A stretch of DNA of 64,000 nucleotides from a virus: positions 16,506 through 80,505 of the IMG/VR virus record IMGVR_UViG_3300049995_000120, one strand, 5' to 3'. The number at the start of each line of letters is the position of its first letter. The stretch's first letter is position 1. Shown in pieces: positions 59,410-64,000 of the stretch. The notes beneath the pieces are model-generated. The model saw nothing but the letters and a program-made list of their open reading frames with translations, had not been told where the DNA came from and made no database searches. Both the position numbers and the translations under genes were made by a program.

Positions 59410-60089
59410 ATTCATCCAAGAGAATTCACTATACATCCCGCTGACAGATAAGACAGTGCTAATTAATGCCATGATTAATGTTCTTACATTTCTGCCAAAG
59501 AATTTCACACTTATCAAGATGTTTCTGAGAAAATCTGTACCGAATAAACTCGCTTTCTTTCCCCCATCTATTGATCATCTTAATTCTGATTGCGTCCTTG
59601 AGGGGATGTTCACGCAGTGTTCGTAACTCAAGAACGGTATTGGCAACTGCTCTTTTTACTTTTAGATAGGGCAAAACGGTTTGGATAATTCTTGCCGCAC
59701 TTTTATCAGTTGCTTGGAAACAATAAAGACGACGGCGATTAGGCTTCGGATTACTTATAGAGTGATAGTTTCCGCCTAATGTTGACGTAATAAAACTTAT
59801 GGCTTCCTCGTTCACCATCTGAATACATATGCGTTCTTGGTAACAAGGATTTACACGACCATTTCGCATCGTCTTGTCTTTCTTTATGCCCATATAGGCC
59901 TCGCCATCTATCAGTCCGGCAATATAAGCAATATCTGTTTCGTTCATAACCATAACCTCCAGGGTGAGTTATGGGTATTATACCACAAGAAAGGAGGTCA
60001 GGATGATTTATTGGATTGATTTGAATGCTGAATACATAACTTTATCGCGCAAGAGGTTGAATGGAATACAAAGGCAGTTTAACCCTTGA
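59402..60089 (+). pseudogene. relic DNA methyltransferase split by an inverted LAGLIDADG gene
   Basis: MTase-like N-terminus MIEFIQENSLYIPLTDKTV at 59402 and C-terminus FIG/DLNAEYITLSRKRL at 60007-60089. Confidence 0.5.
59459..59947 (-). CDS. LAGLIDADG homing endonuclease (single motif)
   Basis: IAYIAGLIDGEA, LPYL.VK; GGAGG SD 8 nt before the ATG at 59947. Confidence 0.85.
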   Translation of the reverse strand: MNETDIAYIAGLIDGEAYMGIKKDKTMRNGRVNPCYQERICIQMVNEEAISFITSTLGGNYHSISNPKPNRRRLYCFQATDKSAARIIQTVLPYLKVKRAVANTVLELRTLREHPLKDAIRIKMINRWGKESEFIRYRFSQKHLDKCEILWQKCKNINHGIN

Positions 60090-60134
60090 CGCGTATTCTG
60101 AATAGTGCTATACTGTGGCAAGAAAGGAGTAGTT

Positions 60135-60533
60135 ATGAGCGAACAATTGTTTACACCAGAAGAAATTGATGTCCTCTTTAACGCCTTGGAGTTATGGGAG
60201 AACGAATCCTTAGAGGCCGGCGATGTTGCGCGCGCCGTGATGGCAAACTTTTTTCGTGGGGAAAACACCGACATTGAGGAAAAGATGAGGACGGTGGAAC
60301 TTGAAAGCCGCACTGCCAAGCGGATGCGCAAGGAACAATCCGCTTATCTGAAAGTCAAGCTGTTGCAATTGCGCGATAAACAGGTCGTACGCGATGCCAT
60401 GGCAGATGTGTTCAAGGATGTGGTTCAGAAGGAAACTGGCGATGCCTTCGTGGATGGGTTGATCGGTCCTACAGATCGCGCCGAATTTGATCGCATCAAA
60501 AAAGATCTGGAGGAAGGATCAGGCAATTCCTGA
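60135..60533 (+). CDS. hypothetical protein
   Basis: AAGGAG SD; promoter TTGACG...TATACT. Confidence 0.6.
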   Translation: MSEQLFTPEEIDVLFNALELWENESLEAGDVARAVMANFFRGENTDIEEKMRTVELESRTAKRMRKEQSAYLKVKLLQLRDKQVVRDAMADVFKDVVQKETGDAFVDGLIGPTDRAEFDRIKKDLEEGSGNS

Positions 60534-60568
60534 CTTTGTGGTAAAATAGTAACACTGTACTTTAACAC

Positions 60569-60864
60569 GGGATAGAAAGGTTTCGACGGCTTGCGGAAAC
60601 TAAGCCGACTGAGCGCAAAAAACAAATGCTAACCCTATACGTTTCGCAGACGTTTTCGGATTTACTCCGCTCTGTCTAGCGGAGATGTTGTTCAACACTC
60701 CGGTCTCAGTTCCGGTCTACGTTCAATAATTGAGTGGTGGAGCCCGGTCAAGTCTATCTTGTTTCCCCCCCCTGGCCCCCTGCACCTACAGGTTAAACTA
60801 GGAATGCTCAGTACAGAGGCAAACTAAGGTAAGTCGGACCCGGGTTCGATTCCCGGCTATTCCA
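60569..60864 (+). ncRNA. ssrA: tmRNA
   Basis: 5' GGGATAG..GGTTTCGAC; 3' GACCCGGGTTCGATTCCCGG-CTATTCC-A; acceptor stem with G3-U wobble; internal ORF starting GCT after AAACAAAT. Confidence 0.88.
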
Positions 60865-60882
60865 CAATCCCAAACCCCAATA

Positions 60883-61064
60883 GGGTCGGTAGCAACGATG
60901 AGCGATAATGGGATAATGGGTAGTGACAGTGCCTCGAAAGTTGAAGGTAACGGCTATCGCAAAAGTTGTCGCCGGTATGAAGATTAGCGACTGGCTTTTA
61001 CGGCTTCTAAGGTGAAACTGTATGACGCGGCAAAGCCGATAAACTCAAAGCCAAGTGCCGACCC
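60883..61064 (+). ncRNA. unidentified structured RNA (182 nt)
   Basis: terminal helix GGGTCGGTA/TGCCGACCC enclosing several hairpins, between tmRNA and tRNA. Confidence 0.5.
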
Positions 61065-61068
61065 GCTT

Positions 61069-61137
61069 TACGGGGCGAAACGGTTTCAGTGGGTTTCATA
61101 AGCCCTACTCACGCAGGTCCGACTCCTGCCCCCGTTA
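61069..61137 (+). tRNA. tRNA-Met(CAT)-like, reduced D-arm
   Basis: acceptor ACGGGG/CCCCGT, anticodon GGGT-TTCATAA-GCCC, T arm GCAGG-TCCGACT-CCTGC. Confidence 0.65.
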
Positions 61138-61157
61138 CTACGTGCAAAAGCGAAGCA

Positions 61158-61311
61158 TATTGGACTTAGCCGGTCAGGCGCTCCGCGTAAAGCGAAAACC
61201 CTTGACGTACCCGATCGTGGTCGGGAATGACGGAGCGAAGCAGTAAGATCCCCTAGACTGCCAGGTGGTTGCAAGACCACCGAACCTTTACTTGTGGTGG
61301 CGAAGTCAATA
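61158..61311 (+). ncRNA. unidentified structured RNA (about 154 nt)
   Basis: closing helix and four internal helices including a GCAA tetraloop. Confidence 0.45.
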
Positions 61312-61335
61312 GTTCCCCACAGAAACCGAGGAACT

Positions 61336-61722
61336 ATGACTTTTAAATCACGAGAAGAAGAGAGTGTTTACAGAAGGAGAAAATATGCTGAAAACCCTGA
61401 GGCTTTTCGATATAAATCTGCCATGAGGGCTGACAGAGCCAGAAAAAGAATGCGAACACTATCTCAGAAAAGACGTTTAATCATTATGGAGATATTGGGT
61501 ACAAAATGTGTACGCTGTGGGTTCTCAGATTCAAGAGCATTACAAATCGATCATATTAATGGACATGGTGGTGCCGAAAGGAAAACATTTTCATCTCCTG
61601 GTGCCTATTATCAGCATATTATTGACATTAATGGAATAGGATATCAAATATTATGTGCAAACTGTAATATTATAAAGAAAATTGAAAATGATGAAACCAA
61701 CAGAAAGTATTTCTTTAAATAA
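61336..61722 (+). CDS. small HNH endonuclease
   Basis: CVRCG.SD.RALQIDHING.G...YQILCANCN. Confidence 0.8.
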   Translation: MTFKSREEESVYRRRKYAENPEAFRYKSAMRADRARKRMRTLSQKRRLIIMEILGTKCVRCGFSDSRALQIDHINGHGGAERKTFSSPGAYYQHIIDINGIGYQILCANCNIIKKIENDETNRKYFFK

Positions 61723-62011
61723 ATCTTTCCCTGCCCCGTTCGCGACTTCCCCCGTGTGGGACCTAATGGCAATGCTAGACGGCGGGGCGGGGAATGTACA
61801 ATATACTGCGGTAATTTACTAATAACTCACGAAAGGAGTATAGAATACATGAAACTCATTACAGGTTTAGGATGGATTGCGGCAATAATCTTTGTGGTCA
61901 TGTTTATTATGTTTGGAGTCAACAATGTTGAGCGGGGTGTGACCTGCGGTATTCTGATTTGCGCCTCCCTGCTTTTCGTCATCGCCACTAAACTTCCTGA
62001 TAAGGTTTGAC

Positions 62012-63130
62012 GTGCGCACAACCCTGATAGATATACCTGGACATGACCGGATGTGGGCGATTTATCCATTCAATGAGATGGATACAACGATCCGGGTTAA
62101 TCAACTGATTGATGGAAACGCCACCCCTCCCGTCTATTTCCCGCCTCGTATAGAAATTTCCATTTTCTGGCTAACATCTACGTGCCAAGTAAACGGAATT
62201 CAATGTGCTTTGGACAAAGCAAAAGAGGTATTGAGTGAGTGGCAATATAGAACAGGAACGAATATCTATGGATGAAAAACCCACCTGGCCTCCGCGTCCC
62301 TACGATGCTGAAACCTGCCGAAAGGCATTAAACTGGATGGCAGATCAGCCCAATCCGCCCGATGTAGAACAAGGCATTAAGGGCGTTCTTATACGCTGTC
62401 TTCATGAAAGATATGCCACTGATGGCGATGAAGAGAAAGCCAAGGCCAAAAGATATACTGTTCTAGGGTGGTTATTTGGCGACCCTACCAAGCGAATCAA
62501 GCCTATGTCTACGAAAGAACTTACGCGTGGGCAGTGGTATGCTTTGGAAAAATGGATAAAACCATCCAGGACGGTAACAGCAAAATGGCTTCCTTGTGAA
62601 GAATTTAAGACCGAATCGTTGTTCGTGTTGAGCGTCGCAATACAGAAAATGTATTCTGACGAGAGGGAAATGATGGTGCAGATAGGAGAAACCGAAAATG
62701 GGTAATACGATTGCTTCATGTGGTCATAAATTGACCCGTAAACAAGCGGTAACATTGAATCCCGTGCACGTACGCGGCATGAGCCGCGATGGTCATCGTG
62801 TTGTCAAGTATCTCCTGCTCTGTCCGAAATGTCATAAACACGCAATCGATAATCGCTGTATACTTATATCCGAAGCTGAACAAGAACGCTGGTTGTCGGG
62901 AATAGGAGGCGGCAATGTCTGGTAAATTAACCGCGATGGAAGGACTTACGGAAATCGTGGGTTGGCTGGTTGATGGGTTTTTGGTCGCCGCCGTGATTGT
63001 GGGATTGTGGGCGGTATATGTGTTTGCCGATCAAATCCTGACCATGGCTATTTTGTTCTTTGCCATATTCGGGATTATCGGGCTAATTTCTATGGTCATT
63101 CATTATCACTGGATGCGCAGGTCACAATGA
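62012..63130 (+). CDS. hypothetical genes (62012-62275, 62268-62705, 62698-62925, 62915-63130)
   Basis: coupled ORFs. Confidence 0.55.
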
Positions 63131-63801
63131 AGCCCAAGAGAACCTATCCTTGTAAAACGAATGAGCCATCTGCTCTGGACTTGTGTGGAACGCCTCCCTA
63201 CGCGCTTGAGCCTTTACTCCCTTATATCCCCAAATATTTACGGATCTGGGAGCCAGCCTGTGGCGAGGGTATCTTGGCGAATGCCCTTCGCATTGCAGGA
63301 TATGACGTTATTGAAACGGATATTGAGTTAGGGCAGGATTTCTTTGAATACCAGCCTCCCAAGTGGGATGTCATCATAACCAATCCGCCCTATGGGATTA
63401 AACCAGCTTGGACCGAGCATTGTTATGAGTTAGGGAAAGCCTTTGCCCTTCTCATGCCTACTGAATTTCAGGGGACAGGTGCCGCAGCAGAAATGTTCGA
63501 TCATTACGGAGTTGAAATCATGAATCTAACTCCGCGCGTCGATTTTAAAATGCCTGTTGAAAAATGGTTCTCCTGTGCCCAGTTCCCTGTTTCCTGGTAC
63601 TGCTCACAGATACTACCTTCGCAACTCATGTTTGAGTTTTTGAGAAAACCATCGCGCACCGAGAGTCGGCAGGTCTGGAAGAGGGATAAGAAGACGGGTT
63701 TTATGAAATTGATTACAGAACGCGGGTATGGCGATTGGACCGAGAGACCCGTGAGATATGATCCGATTAGTGAGAAATTTGAATACGATAAGGAGACTTG
63801 A
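63127..63801 (+). CDS. phage DNA adenine methyltransferase
   Basis: TP..A..PL, IWEPACGEG, DF, IITNPPY, FALL.P. Confidence 0.8.
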   Translation: MKPKRTYPCKTNEPSALDLCGTPPYALEPLLPYIPKYLRIWEPACGEGILANALRIAGYDVIETDIELGQDFFEYQPPKWDVIITNPPYGIKPAWTEHCYELGKAFALLMPTEFQGTGAAAEMFDHYGVEIMNLTPRVDFKMPVEKWFSCAQFPVSWYCSQILPSQLMFEFLRKPSRTESRQVWKRDKKTGFMKLITERGYGDWTERPVRYDPISEKFEYDKET

Positions 63802-64000
63802 ATATGAGTACCAATTTTATCCTGTTAGTTCTCATTGGTTTTTTCTCGATTTTATGGATGGTATGTTATTCTATTAAGATAGAACAAGATCGACACCATT
63901 GTTCTGCCCCCAAAAAAACGGACGAAAGTCTCAACCTGACGGAATACATCGCATCACAACAGAAACGTGGGGGGTGCCGCCGGGGCCCGGGGCCCCCGGC

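Noticed and set aside
59459-59953. LAGLIDADG as part of an intein or intron
   Set aside because: Opposite strand to the flanking gene fragments, has its own promoter and SD, and no splicing motifs
60883-61064. RNase P RNA
   Set aside because: Lacks GAGGAAAGUCC and the 3' P4 strand; too short
61158-61794. Group I intron or IscB/OMEGA system around the small HNH
   Set aside because: No interrupted host gene or clear P7 core was found; the protein is about 128 aa with no RuvC or PLMP motifs
63900-64000. GC-rich palindromic run at the window end as a terminus or terminator
   Set aside because: Truncated, homopolymer-rich, possibly low-quality sequence; cannot be evaluated
1-64000. Alternative genetic code, or integrase/att site
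   Set aside because: Recognisable genes are full length under the standard code with all three stops used; no integrase or att duplication of the tmRNA/tRNA ends was seen

Overview
The window reads as part of a tailed dsDNA (siphovirus-like) phage genome; no host housekeeping genes are visible. A Chloroflexi-type host is a guess only. 1-5 kb: small regulatory and lysis-type genes. 5.1-13.2 kb: a glycan-building cluster (pyruvyl-transferase family, several GT-A-like proteins, a SAM methyltransferase and a 1050-aa GT4-GT2-GT2-CxxC-HhH fusion). 13.3-29.5 kb: neck and tail operon (tail tube with a beta-propeller, tail chaperone with an apparent +1 frameshift, tape measure, evolved Dit, hub, fibres, GH25 endolysin). 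29.5-50.3 kb: mostly minus-strand replication and early genes (DnaB, Rnl2-like RNA ligase, LexA-like, Lar, DUF5131, HNHs, RusA), several promoter-driven structured RNAs and a 13x12-bp tandem repeat. An AT-rich strand-switch region lies at about 50.4-50.8 kb. 51-64 kb: plus-strand genes including three DNA methyltransferases, one carrying an intein with an out-of-frame HNH. This arm also has an MTase relic interrupted by a LAGLIDADG gene and an RNA cluster: a compact tmRNA with an atypical 33-codon tag, two unidentified structured RNAs and a shrunken tRNA-Met. Terminase, portal and capsid genes were not recognised. All calls come from motif reading and by-eye base pairing; no database search was run.
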